Shown here: piece by piece, positions 21,070-30,808 of the stretch
Layout of the letters: each line of letters starts with the position of its first letter
How positions within the stretch are numbered: position 1 is the first letter of the stretch
Origin: Obrimoposthia wandeli
Lineage: Eukaryota
Direction: 5' to 3'
Length of the DNA: 64,000 nucleotides
Assembly (NCBI GenBank): GCA_977020255.1
Contig: CDROCS010000506.1
Coordinates: 3,162,001-3,226,000 of the forward strand
The notes under the pieces: generated by a model
The model's input: only the letters and a program-made list of their open reading frames with translations
The model's database searches: none
What the model was told of the DNA's origin: nothing
Made by a program: the position numbers and the translations under genes

Positions 21070-22158
21070 TTAATTATATTGTACAGAGGCTTGTTGTTTT
21101 AACCAGATTTTGAAGCATTCAATCGCAGGCGAGTGATGATGCTGAATCAAGTAATATCCAGCCTGGGCATCGATAGGGCTGAAAGGAGAAGCTAACCCTT
21201 CTTTCGCTAAATCGGCGGCGGTAAAACCGTTATTAAATAGCGCACAGCGGGCTAATGCAACCCCTAATCCTGCGGCAGCTGCGGCCATTGCCATATCGGT
21301 ACGGTTAAAATAATGCCCGTGTTTACTCAGTGTATTTTTTGTTGGTGTGGTAAGAGACATCTGCTGTAACCAAAATTGCCACTCCGCGTCTTTATCGGCG
21401 TGCTGCCAAGGCATCGCATCATGTAGCAGTGTCATACGCTGCCAAAGTTCGGCATTATAAAAATCTTCAGTGTTTTTATTTATACCAACACTTTCAGGAA
21501 CATCAGCACTTTCAGACCCCTCAGTACTTTCAGCAACATCCGAACGCTTAACAATGTCCGGACTCTTAGTAAGATCAACGATGTTAACAATCGTAGTAAG
21601 ACTCAAACCAAACTTGGTCATATATTGTGGACTCATTACGGGTAATAATTGTTCTGCTAATAACAATTCCGCGTTAATCTTTTTATCATTCGCTTGATAG
21701 GGACTTTGGCCATAATCGATAGCAAGATCATAATTAGTATCAGTATGATCGACTAATGCACCTTCGGCAAAGGTGTGGATCTTTATATCAGGATATTGCT
21801 GATAGAAATGCTGTAAGCGCGGCACTAACCATTTATATGCAAAAGAGGGCGTCAGTTTAAGATGTATATCGCCGGTATGGCGATTGGCTTGTTGTAACTG
21901 ACTAATGACATCGCCAATATCCGTTAAGCTTTGTTCAACGACTTGATGTAATTGCTGTCCCGCGGGGGTTAAACGAATACCGCGAGAGTGGCGCTCAAAC
22001 AGACTTAACTGTAGATTCTGTTCCAACTGTTTTATTTGTTGGCTAATGGCGCCTGTGGTGATATGCAATCTTGCGGCTGCTTGGGTAAAACTATGGCAGC
22101 TAGCCGTCGCCGCAAATGTAGCTAAACCGGATAACAGATTATCGTTCACTTTTAACAT
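21070..22158 (-). CDS. LysR family regulator (GcvA-like) with a long insertion, divergent from dadA
   Basis: SFTQAAARLHITTGAISQQIKQLE HTH; LKLTPSFAYKWLVPRL. Confidence 0.9.
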   Translation of the reverse strand: MLKVNDNLLSGLATFAATASCHSFTQAAARLHITTGAISQQIKQLEQNLQLSLFERHSRGIRLTPAGQQLHQVVEQSLTDIGDVISQLQQANRHTGDIHLKLTPSFAYKWLVPRLQHFYQQYPDIKIHTFAEGALVDHTDTNYDLAIDYGQSPYQANDKKINAELLLAEQLLPVMSPQYMTKFGLSLTTIVNIVDLTKSPDIVKRSDVAESTEGSESADVPESVGINKNTEDFYNAELWQRMTLLHDAMPWQHADKDAEWQFWLQQMSLTTPTKNTLSKHGHYFNRTDMAMAAAAAGLGVALARCALFNNGFTAADLAKEGLASPFSPIDAQAGYYLIQHHHSPAIECFKIWLKQQASVQYN

Positions 22159-22282
22159 CAAGGACCTCTGTGTATACACAGTGTTTAGTTTTACTAAAGG
22201 CTGATATTAATACTTATGGATTGTTAAGTAAATGTAACGATCTTATGCTGACGAATTATTTATGAGCGATAGATGGTATAAA

Positions 22283-23551
22283 ATGGAAGTCATAGTATTA
22301 GGTTGTGGGGTTATTGGGTTAACGTCAGCGTGGTATCTCGCGCAAGCTGGACATGATGTGACTGTCGTTGATCGCCAGCCGAGAGGCGCTGAAGAAACCA
22401 GTTTTGCCAATGCGGGGCAGATCTCTTATGGTTATTCCTCCCCTTGGGCTGCCCCTGGTATACCGGTAAAAGCCATTAAATGGTTAGCGCAAAAACATGC
22501 CCCTTTAAAGATTAAACCAGGGTTGTCGCCAGATTTGTACCTGTGGGCGGCAAAAATGTTGGCCAACTGTAATCAGCACAGTTATGAAATAAATAAAGCG
22601 CGGATGTTACGCATTGCCAATTATAGTCGCGATTGCCTGATTGATTTGCGTCAACAGCAAGATCTTGTGTACGAAGGTCGTCAACAAGGTACGCTGCAGG
22701 TATTCCGTCATGAATCACAACTAGCAGGTATAGCTAAAGACATTAAAATATTGGCGGATAGTGGCACGTTATATGAAAGATTGGATGTTGCGGGGTGTCT
22801 CGCTGTGGAGCCTGGATTAGCCAGTGTTAAAGATAAAATTGTCGGTGGATTACGATTACCTAATGATGAAACCGGTGACTGTTATTTGTTTTGCCAACAG
22901 CTAACAGCATTAGCACAAGCGGCGGGGGTTAAATTTAAATTTGATGTAACGGTGAATAAACTGAATCATCAAGATAACAACATTAGCTCGGTGGATACCA
23001 GTATTGGGGAGTTAACGGCAGATGCTTATGTGGTCGCGATGGGGTGTTATTCATCAGCGTTACTCGACCCGATTTTGTCGCCACTCGGATTGGCTATGCC
23101 GATTTATCCGGTAAAAGGCTATTCGCTCACGGTGCCGATTGTTGACAGTAGCCAAGCGCCGGTGTCCACGGTGATGGATGAAACTTACAAAGTGGCGATG
23201 ACGCGTTTTGACCAACGAATACGTGTTGCAGGCACGGCAGAGTTGACGGGGTATAATTTAGATTTAACGGAATCTCGAAAAGACACGATAGCGATGGTGA
23301 TAAATGACTTATTTCCCAACGCGGGTGATATGAGCAAAGCGGAGTTTTGGACGGGTTTACGACCGATGACACCCGATGGCACGCCAATTATTGGTAAAAC
23401 GCCGGTGGCTAACTTATTCACCAACTGTGGACATGGTACATTAGGTTGGACCATGGCGTGTGGCTCGGCGCGTTATCTTGCTGATGTGGTCAGCGGCGTT
23501 ACACCTGATATTGATAGCAGTGATTTGGATGTTTATCGCTATGGTTGTTAA
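22283..23551 (+). CDS. dadA: D-amino acid dehydrogenase
   Basis: VLGCGVIG, ETSFANAGQISYGY, PVKGYS, WTGLRPMTPDG, GHGTLGWTM. Confidence 0.93.
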   Translation: MEVIVLGCGVIGLTSAWYLAQAGHDVTVVDRQPRGAEETSFANAGQISYGYSSPWAAPGIPVKAIKWLAQKHAPLKIKPGLSPDLYLWAAKMLANCNQHSYEINKARMLRIANYSRDCLIDLRQQQDLVYEGRQQGTLQVFRHESQLAGIAKDIKILADSGTLYERLDVAGCLAVEPGLASVKDKIVGGLRLPNDETGDCYLFCQQLTALAQAAGVKFKFDVTVNKLNHQDNNISSVDTSIGELTADAYVVAMGCYSSALLDPILSPLGLAMPIYPVKGYSLTVPIVDSSQAPVSTVMDETYKVAMTRFDQRIRVAGTAELTGYNLDLTESRKDTIAMVINDLFPNAGDMSKAEFWTGLRPMTPDGTPIIGKTPVANLFTNCGHGTLGWTMACGSARYLADVVSGVTPDIDSSDLDVYRYGC

Positions 23552-23570
23552 TGTTCTCTAAATAATACTA

Positions 23571-24494
23571 TTATTTAAACAATGCGGCATGATGACTGGC
23601 TAAAAACTGTGTGCCCATTTCATAACCCATTTTGTAATCGGCCGCTAAGGCTTCATCACTGCTACCAAGAATACGACTTGCTAATGGTTGCGGTGGGGCA
23701 ATTTCAATTATCTGGGCATCCTCTGGTGGTGTCTGAATAAAGTCTATTGCCTCACTGTAAGCGTTCTCATGACCGGTGATAATGTCTAATACTTTGGGGC
23801 AGCGCTGTGAACTGCATACCCAAGATTTGAGTTTATGTGCCCACGGCGAACGTACATTTTGATGTGCCGGCACGGTACGCAATACGATTATTTTTTTAGC
23901 GCCACGATGATAAGCTTCTTGAATTGGAATCGGTAATGCCACGCCACCATCAACGTAACGACCGTCACCAATCGTAACCCCTTTCTTATATAAATACGGC
24001 AGCGCGCTGGATGCTTTCAGCATGGTAAGCCAATTATCTGCTGTCGGTTCAAGAAATGCGGGACAGAAGCCGTTAATCGTTGTCGCTGAAAAAAGCAGTT
24101 GACGGTTTTTCAATTGTGCTTGTGCGCAGTTCATATTGAGCTGGTATTCAGGGTCATTGACTCTATCAAAATACCAATCAAGATCGACAGTATTGCGCCC
24201 AGAAAGAGGCCGTTTCATATCAAAAAATTCAGGATGTTTGGATAGCTGCATGATCGAACGTTTGGCATGGCCAGATTGTCTGGTCATATAACTTGATAAA
24301 TTCTGCGCACCAGCAGATGTACCGATGAGTAATGAAAAAGGGTTAAAGTCGTTTGCTAACCAACTATCTAAGATACCAGCCGTAAAAATACCACGTTGTC
24401 CGCCGCCTTCTACTACCAGTGCGGCGTCTTTGATCGGCGTTGTTGCAGTACAACTGGCGATATTGATTAAGGTATTATTGGTTTGTTGGCTCAT
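23571..24494 (-). CDS. Patatin-like phospholipase (YjjU-like)
   Basis: VEGGGQRG, GTSAG, YVDGG motifs. Confidence 0.92.
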   Translation of the reverse strand: MSQQTNNTLINIASCTATTPIKDAALVVEGGGQRGIFTAGILDSWLANDFNPFSLLIGTSAGAQNLSSYMTRQSGHAKRSIMQLSKHPEFFDMKRPLSGRNTVDLDWYFDRVNDPEYQLNMNCAQAQLKNRQLLFSATTINGFCPAFLEPTADNWLTMLKASSALPYLYKKGVTIGDGRYVDGGVALPIPIQEAYHRGAKKIIVLRTVPAHQNVRSPWAHKLKSWVCSSQRCPKVLDIITGHENAYSEAIDFIQTPPEDAQIIEIAPPQPLASRILGSSDEALAADYKMGYEMGTQFLASHHAALFK

Positions 24495-24624
24495 AGTTCC
24501 TCCGGTAGTAGCAAGGAAGTAATTTACCTGATTATAAGAGGAAGGTTAAGTCGATTGTTTATTTTAAATCGATAGCTATTAGCTATCGATTTGTTTTTTT
24601 GGGGGGGGCAAGTTTAAAGTGAGT

Positions 24625-25479
24625 TTAGTTTAGATAGTCTTGTTGGCAGACGCTGTTAACTAATAATTCGGGTTTAATTTTTTGTAAACTGGCGGTAATA
24701 ATTTGGCGCACACGTTCTCGAGACATGAATAGGCGTTCACCAATAGCATTAAGGGTTTGTGGCTCTTCTCTGCCAAGGCCAAACCGGAGTTGAATGATCT
24801 CTTTGTCACGGTCGCATAAGTGATTTAATACTTCAGCTAAGTAGCTTGAGGTATCGGTATTTTCTATTTCATCATTCGGTGTACAAATCGAGCTGTCTTC
24901 AATAAGGTCGACTAATGCTGTATTTGAATCGTTCTTGGTTGCAATCGTTTTGTCTAGGCTCGCTTCAGTGAAGTAGTGAGAAAGTACCTCAACTACATCA
25001 TCAAATTCGAGTTCTAAGTTAGTCGCAATCGTTTGTAAATCCTGGTTACATTTTAAATCTAGGAGTTCTTCACGTGCATTCTTTAAGATACGTTTGTAGG
25101 TTTTACCTACATGAATCGGGACGCGAATGGTACGAGATTGGTTCATGATAAAGCGTTCGATATTGTTTTTAATCCACCATACCGCGTAAGTTGAAAATCG
25201 AAACCCTTTGGTTGCATCAAATTTTTCAACGGCGTGAATTAAACCGGTATTACCTTCTTGGATGATATCAACAAGTGCTAATGAAGTATGTTGATAGCGT
25301 TTAGCGATGTTGATTACTAAGCGCAAGTTAGATTGGATCATACGTTGACGTGCTTTTTGATCGCCTCCATGCGCAGCAATAGCCGTATCGTACTCTTGTT
25401 CTTTGGTAAGTAAGACACTGGTTTTACTGACTTGTTGCATGTAAAGATCTAATGCGTTTGATTCGTTAAATAATTCCAT
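24625..25479 (-). CDS. RpoS-like sigma-70 factor, stand-alone paralog
   Basis: Regions 1.2 (LDLYM), 2 (SNLRLVINIAKRY, EKFDATKGFRFSTYAVWWI), 3 and 4 (LRFGL, SRERVRQI). Confidence 0.9.
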   Translation of the reverse strand: MELFNESNALDLYMQQVSKTSVLLTKEQEYDTAIAAHGGDQKARQRMIQSNLRLVINIAKRYQHTSLALVDIIQEGNTGLIHAVEKFDATKGFRFSTYAVWWIKNNIERFIMNQSRTIRVPIHVGKTYKRILKNAREELLDLKCNQDLQTIATNLELEFDDVVEVLSHYFTEASLDKTIATKNDSNTALVDLIEDSSICTPNDEIENTDTSSYLAEVLNHLCDRDKEIIQLRFGLGREEPQTLNAIGERLFMSRERVRQIITASLQKIKPELLVNSVCQQDYLN

Positions 25480-25849
25480 TTTTTAACCCTCAACGTATTT
25501 TATTAGCGATACTCGCTCATCCCTGTAAAAATACGTAACTAGATGACAGATGAAGAAATTCATAATGTGACAACTCGTCTAATTATAATCCTCCTAAGGG
25601 AGAAATATAGATAGCGGTATAAACGAAAAAAGGCTGATGTTGTGAATAGGTTAAAAGAATTGAACAAATAGGAGTGATGTCTGACCAGTTTTTAGTAAAT
25701 ACTAACTAATTTTGAATAAGGGTTGATCCTTTATCGCCTTATTTGTTCTATATCAATGAATAGCGACGGCTCAATTCATCAAACGCATCATGAAAGCGTT
25801 ATCAATGGGTTGTTGGTATGCCCATTGATAGTGTCAGCAGGCTGATTGC

Positions 25850-26140
25850 TTACATATGTGCTTTACGTTCTTCTTCGCATTCATATGATGCCATTTCAAA
25901 TATACGACATACCCAAGGTCTGTTTTCATAGATGCTGCACATTAATGTATCTCTATCGAGCGCAGCACACCAACCATCATGACCTTGCGCCATAACTTGG
26001 CCGCCCCAATCATCGGTGGTGATATAACGTTTAGGTACACCCGTTTCTGTCAGTAGCATGACTTCTAGGCGACAGCAACATGCTTCACAGTTAGCACAGG
26101 TGATTTCTGCAACGGGTAGGTTCGTTATTTCAATTGTCAT
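25850..26140 (-). CDS. YkgJ family Cys-cluster (Zn/Fe-chelating) protein
   Basis: CANCEACC, WCAALD, CSIYENRPWVCR. Confidence 0.9.
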   Translation of the reverse strand: MTIEITNLPVAEITCANCEACCCRLEVMLLTETGVPKRYITTDDWGGQVMAQGHDGWCAALDRDTLMCSIYENRPWVCRIFEMASYECEEERKAHM

Positions 26141-26142
26141 TA

Positions 26143-26811
26143 TTATGCCTTTTCTACCGGTTTAATGCGGTTGTTTACAAACTCATGTGCTGAGGGCGCT
26201 ATATCTGCACCTTCAGATTGTCTACCTAGGTTGGCCGCTGCAACTAACGTCGCGCCGGAACCGAAGAAAGGGTCAATAATCAAGTCACCAACGCTTGAAC
26301 TTTGGCTGATTAGTTTTTCAATCAGTGGCACTGGCTTCTCGGTAGGGTAACCGCGCCATACCCGTTTTTCTTGTAATACATCAGGCATGCCTAAATCTTG
26401 TAATTTTCGCTTACCTTTTTCGAAAAACAAAATAAATTCATAACGTGCGCGATAATGATAACCCATACCAATTGCGCATTTATCCCATACGATGGGTTTC
26501 CAAAATTTAAACCCAAGGTCTTCAGCGATAGGTTTAATCACAAACATGGTTTCTTGATCGCAAAATAAATAAAAGTGACTGTTTTTTTTCAGTACGCGAT
26601 AAATTTGTTCAACTAATGCAGGAAAATCACTATTTGGAAAGATACTAAACCATTGGTTACTCGAACCAGCGCTGTTTTTTAAGCGGGTTGTCGTGCCTAT
26701 TTTTCGGTGTTTTTCTAAGGATTCATAAGGTGGATCTGTGATAACCAGATCCACACTTTCATTCGGGAGGGATTTTAACCAATCTACTGCATCAATCTTA
26801 TGTAACTTCAT
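26143..26811 (-). CDS. N4-C/N6-A DNA methyltransferase, beta class, orphan
   Basis: Motif IV DPPY near the N-terminus, PTEKP, motif I DPFFGSG near the C-terminus. Confidence 0.9.
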   Translation of the reverse strand: MKLHKIDAVDWLKSLPNESVDLVITDPPYESLEKHRKIGTTTRLKNSAGSSNQWFSIFPNSDFPALVEQIYRVLKKNSHFYLFCDQETMFVIKPIAEDLGFKFWKPIVWDKCAIGMGYHYRARYEFILFFEKGKRKLQDLGMPDVLQEKRVWRGYPTEKPVPLIEKLISQSSSVGDLIIDPFFGSGATLVAAANLGRQSEGADIAPSAHEFVNNRIKPVEKA

Positions 26812-26934
26812 TTATTTTTTTCAACATGTTTGCAGTGGTCTGCATGGATTAGGGCGCCATGTTATCAGGTAACGTCTGCAAACAGTAGTGTTGCATTAGC
26901 TTGGTAAAATATAACCACAATGGTCGTTATTCAA

Positions 26935-27513
26935 TCATGGCTCTTTATTACCTGTGCGTCTATCAATTGCAGCGATAAGTGGTTTGTTATTTTCATCACT
27001 GACCATAAGTTCAATACTCGCGCTGCCGACATTTGTGTGTTCACCTGTGGTGATCTTGGAAATAACGGAAATACCCAAGCTTACTGGCACGATACTACTT
27101 GTCACGGCCAAGATCGGATTTGGCGTTTCGACATTACTAATGGCAATACTCAAGTGCAGGGTGTTTTCTGTTGGTATTTCGACAATCTTCTTATGCGGCG
27201 ATATGGTGTTAATTAAGCTCTCGGTGAGGTAAGTTGTGATTGTTTCAATCTCTTCATCAGACAAGCTATCGTCTTCGACTAATACATAGACACGATCTAA
27301 TATCACACTGTCGTATTGTGCTAATTTATTACGCACTCTATCGGTATTACGTAACCCTATTCTTGCCCATACCAGCGCAACCCCGTCTTCGGGACCGGCT
27401 TTGAAATCATCATATGAGGTAAATTTTGTCGCTGATATTAAGTTGGTTTTCGCGCAGCCTGCTAACAATAAGCAGCAAAGTAGGGAGATGATAACGCGTG
27501 ATTTTAGGGGCAT
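26935..27513 (-). CDS. DUF3313-family lipoprotein, possibly C-terminally truncated
   Basis: Lipobox LLAGC; LSIAISNVETPNP, GSASIE, AAIDRR; ends abruptly after RRTGNKEP. Confidence 0.65.
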   Translation of the reverse strand: MPLKSRVIISLLCCLLLAGCAKTNLISATKFTSYDDFKAGPEDGVALVWARIGLRNTDRVRNKLAQYDSVILDRVYVLVEDDSLSDEEIETITTYLTESLINTISPHKKIVEIPTENTLHLSIAISNVETPNPILAVTSSIVPVSLGISVISKITTGEHTNVGSASIELMVSDENNKPLIAAIDRRTGNKEP

Positions 27514-27642
27514 AAGATAGTTGACTCATAGTATGTAAAACAAGGGGTTATATTAATTGGATTATAGCATGTTTTACTATTAGCTTGAATGTTAAGTAGC
27601 GCTTAAACTTGTGTTGATAGATATCAGGTGTTGGTGTGTGGC

Positions 27643-27691
27643 GGAAATAGGAAATAGGAAATAGGAAATAGGAAATAGGAAATAGGAAATA
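27643..27691 (+). repeat. Heptanucleotide VNTR (GGAAATA)x7
   Basis: Seven perfect copies counted directly. Confidence 0.97.
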
Positions 27692-27729
27692 GTAGCAGAG
27701 AGTACCGAGACTCCCTGCTGCTGATAATA

Positions 27730-28047
27730 TTATTCTTCGCCGTAATCTAAATCTTCGTCTTCTTCATTGATCACGCGAATGCCATCTTTTACCAAAATTT
27801 CGATATAGAAAGATGCGTCTTTGCTTAGGTCACCGCTATCAATTGATTTATTGATTTCTGATAGGTGAATAACCTGCGCTTCTTGTTCTGTTAAGCCATA
27901 CTTACAATCAAAGTCCCAGTAATCTACGCCTTTAGGTAGCGTTTTTTTACGCTCTCTTTTGATGTATTTTCTGATTTCGCTTTTGATAGATTCAATTTGG
28001 CGAGCTGGAACGATTTTTGGGTGGTTCAATACAAACGTTTTTTTCAT
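27730..28047 (-). CDS. DUF6172-family protein
   Basis: MKKTF..HPK, RKYIKRERKK.LP.GVDYWDFDCKYG. Confidence 0.75.
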   Translation of the reverse strand: MKKTFVLNHPKIVPARQIESIKSEIRKYIKRERKKTLPKGVDYWDFDCKYGLTEQEAQVIHLSEINKSIDSGDLSKDASFYIEILVKDGIRVINEEDEDLDYGEE

Positions 28048-28204
28048 TTTTACCCTTTAAGGAATGACGGAATATTTCATAACATGGGTTAATTATATCA
28101 GGGAAAAGAATAAATGGGGCGAACAGTACACTTTCTCTGCACTTTTAATCGAGTTAGATTTTTTAATTACTGATAATGACGCATCATAAATGTGGGAGTT
28201 GGTA

Positions 28205-28666
28205 ATGAAATATAGTTTACTAATTATCTTATTGTTACTGACATCGACAGCGCAGGGTAGTTATTGTAGTGGTAAAAATTGGCAGGATGCTTATCAATTT
28301 TACACCCACAATATCGATTTGCTTAATGATCACATTGACCGCTATAACGTCTTGTTGAATAAGATGAATTCATCAGACTTTAACGAGGGTGAACAACAAT
28401 TATTGGCTGCGAAATTAGCCATTGAAGAGTTAGACCAGCTCAATGTTGATGTGGAGAAGTTAGACGCTAAATTTGATAATACCCAGCAACTATGGCAGCT
28501 GATCAGTGAGCACTGCTTCGATGATGATGAACTCGATTATAATAATAAGGCAATTGAAAATGCACGAGGGGCTGATATCGGCCGCAGAGAAGTGAATGAC
28601 TTGTTGTCTCGAATTGAAATTATAAGAGTAAAATTTTTTCAAGTGATTGAAAATATGAGCCATTAG
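28205..28666 (+). CDS. Secreted helical hypothetical protein
   Basis: Signal peptide MKYSLLIILLLLTSTAQG, two Cys, coiled-coil character. Confidence 0.7.
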   Translation: MKYSLLIILLLLTSTAQGSYCSGKNWQDAYQFYTHNIDLLNDHIDRYNVLLNKMNSSDFNEGEQQLLAAKLAIEELDQLNVDVEKLDAKFDNTQQLWQLISEHCFDDDELDYNNKAIENARGADIGRREVNDLLSRIEIIRVKFFQVIENMSH

Positions 28667-28770
28667 TCCTGCCTAAGAAAAGTTTACGCTAAATTACATT
28701 GTATTATTTTGCTATAATAATCACTTTATGATAATTATTAGCCTCATAAATATTCTTATAGAAGGTAATA

Positions 28771-29781
28771 ATGACACTGTTAATAATTTACGCTGTGATT
28801 TCCATTGTGGTCTCGTTTTTTTGTTCAATCTTAGAAGCTACTTTGCTAAGTATGACGCCAAGCTATATCGCTAAAACGCAACGTGAAGACCCTAAGCTTG
28901 CAACAAAATTAGCTAAGCTAAAAGACAATCTCGATCGTCCTTTAGCAGCAATATTAACACTTAATACAGTGGCCCATACTGCGGGTGCTGCTGGTGTAGG
29001 TGCGCAAGTAACGGCAATGTATGGTAGTGCATATTTAGGTATTGCATCTGCTGTCATGACGGTATTAATTTTGGTTCTTTCGGAAATTATCCCTAAAACA
29101 ATGGGCGCAACTTATTGGCGACAACTGGCACCATCAAGTGTCAGTATCTTGAATTCGATGATTTTCTGCTTAAAACCTTTCATCTTTATGTCAGAGCAAA
29201 TCACCCGTCGCATTGGTAAGGGTCATAGTCATGACATTGATATGCGAGAAGAAATTATAGCGATGGCGCATGTTGCAAAAGACACGAATGAAATTGATGA
29301 CGATGAAAGTCGGGTTATTTGTAATATATTGGATCTTCACAACATTAAAGTGAAAGACATTATGACACCACGTGGTGTTGTATCGTGTGTTGATGCCGAT
29401 ATGAATGTGAATGATTTTGAAGCCTTAATTAGCAACATTCCTTTTAGCCGTTTACCGTTATTGACTGATGATGAGTTCTTTGGTTACGTGCATAAGTCAG
29501 ATATTTTACATCATGATGGTGACACTAAACTGCTCGCATTAGCTAAGCCACTTGAAGTGTACTTACCGACGCAAAACGCGGAGCATGTCTTTAATGACAT
29601 GCTCCGTTCTCGAAATCATCTGGCGAGTATTCATGATGAATTGGGGACTTGGTTAGGTATTATCACTATGGAAGATATTTTAGAAACTATTCTTGGTCGA
29701 GAAATTGTCGATGAAAGTGATACCAGTGTCGATATGCGTAAAATAGCCAAAGCGAAATGGCAGAAACGATTAGCCAAATAA
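28771..29781 (+). CDS. CNNM (DUF21) + CBS domain protein
   Basis: SFFCSILEATLLS, AAILTLNT, SEIIPKT, DIMTPR, GIITMEDILE. Confidence 0.92.
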   Translation: MTLLIIYAVISIVVSFFCSILEATLLSMTPSYIAKTQREDPKLATKLAKLKDNLDRPLAAILTLNTVAHTAGAAGVGAQVTAMYGSAYLGIASAVMTVLILVLSEIIPKTMGATYWRQLAPSSVSILNSMIFCLKPFIFMSEQITRRIGKGHSHDIDMREEIIAMAHVAKDTNEIDDDESRVICNILDLHNIKVKDIMTPRGVVSCVDADMNVNDFEALISNIPFSRLPLLTDDEFFGYVHKSDILHHDGDTKLLALAKPLEVYLPTQNAEHVFNDMLRSRNHLASIHDELGTWLGIITMEDILETILGREIVDESDTSVDMRKIAKAKWQKRLAK

Positions 29782-29831
29782 TTAACGTCTTGTTATTATA
29801 ACATTGTTATTAAGTTCTAATCAAATGAGAT

Positions 29832-29864
29832 AAAAAGCGAGGCTATTAATGCCTCGCTTTTTTT
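29832..29864. terminator. Bidirectional terminator
   Basis: aaaaa-gcgaggc-tattaat-gcctcgc-ttttttt. Confidence 0.85.
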
Positions 29865-29872
29865 ATTCAATA

Positions 29873-30808
29873 TTACTCTTCCGCTACCCGCTCTGCTCGG
29901 TAGTCAATATAAAACTCTTTCATACGTTCGTAAGGATCGATATAAGCTTGTTTGAAGGCTTCATAATCGCCGAGACTAAAGTATGTCGCATTTACTTTAT
30001 CTACAGCTTGCACCGTGATTGATAGCTTATCTGGGTGTAAATAGGTTAGAGGGCTAAGAAAATAATCAGTTCCACGTCCCACTGTATCTCTTAATGTTGA
30101 TGGACCAAATACTGGCCAAACAACATAGGGGCCATTGCCAATACCGTATTTTCCTAATGTCAGTCCCATGTCTTGATTATTCGGTTGCCAATCCAAGTAA
30201 TCTTCAGCAGGATCCATGACACCTAATAGACCAACCGTCGTATTGACCGCGAAACGACCTAACTCGATACCTGATGATTCAAGATCACCTTGCAGCAAGC
30301 TACTGGTAAAACGAATTGGCATGGTGATGTTATGGAAAAAATTAGCAACACCGACACGAAAAAACTGTGGCGTGATGGCTTTATATCCTTGAGCTGTAGG
30401 GCGTAACACCCAGAAGTAGAGTTTATCATTGACATGAAACATGGCTTTATTGAAGTAATAAAAAGGGTCTGATATCTCAGAGTGTGATTCCGCTTCAATA
30501 AAGCTATCATCACTAAACAAATCATCGTCATCATCAGCAAATAAACTATCATCTTCAAATGCTTCATGACCAAACTGTCCATCATCAAACAAGCCGTCAT
30601 CTTCAAGTGGTTCATCACCAAACTGCTCATCATCAAATAAGCCATCATCTTCAATAAATTCAGATTCAGAGATGACAATTGGCGATATAGGTGTCGGCTC
30701 GGTATTGTTTTCGGTATTATTTTTTGAACTGACACAACCGCTCATCAGCAAGATGAGCAGTGATAGTGGCAGTTTAACTAAATACGGAGAGGCATTATTA
30801 TTCAGCAT
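29873..30808 (-). CDS. mlaA: MlaA/VacJ lipoprotein with acidic repeat linker
   Basis: Lipobox LMSGC; DPFYYFNKAMF, RFAVNTTVG, GPSTLRDTVG, DPY. Confidence 0.9.
   Translation of the reverse strand: MLNNNASPYLVKLPLSLLILLMSGCVSSKNNTENNTEPTPISPIVISESEFIEDDGLFDDEQFGDEPLEDDGLFDDGQFGHEAFEDDSLFADDDDDLFSDDSFIEAESHSEISDPFYYFNKAMFHVNDKLYFWVLRPTAQGYKAITPQFFRVGVANFFHNITMPIRFTSSLLQGDLESSGIELGRFAVNTTVGLLGVMDPAEDYLDWQPNNQDMGLTLGKYGIGNGPYVVWPVFGPSTLRDTVGRGTDYFLSPLTYLHPDKLSITVQAVDKVNATYFSLGDYEAFKQAYIDPYERMKEFYIDYRAERVAEE
30550..30654. repeat. 48-bp coding tandem repeat in mlaA (EDDGLFDD-type, 16 aa; 2 copies plus a partial)
   Basis: catcttcaa recurs at 30550, 30598 and 30646. Confidence 0.85.

Noticed and set aside
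26143-26811. Restriction-modification system
   Set aside because: No adjacent endonuclease-like ORF
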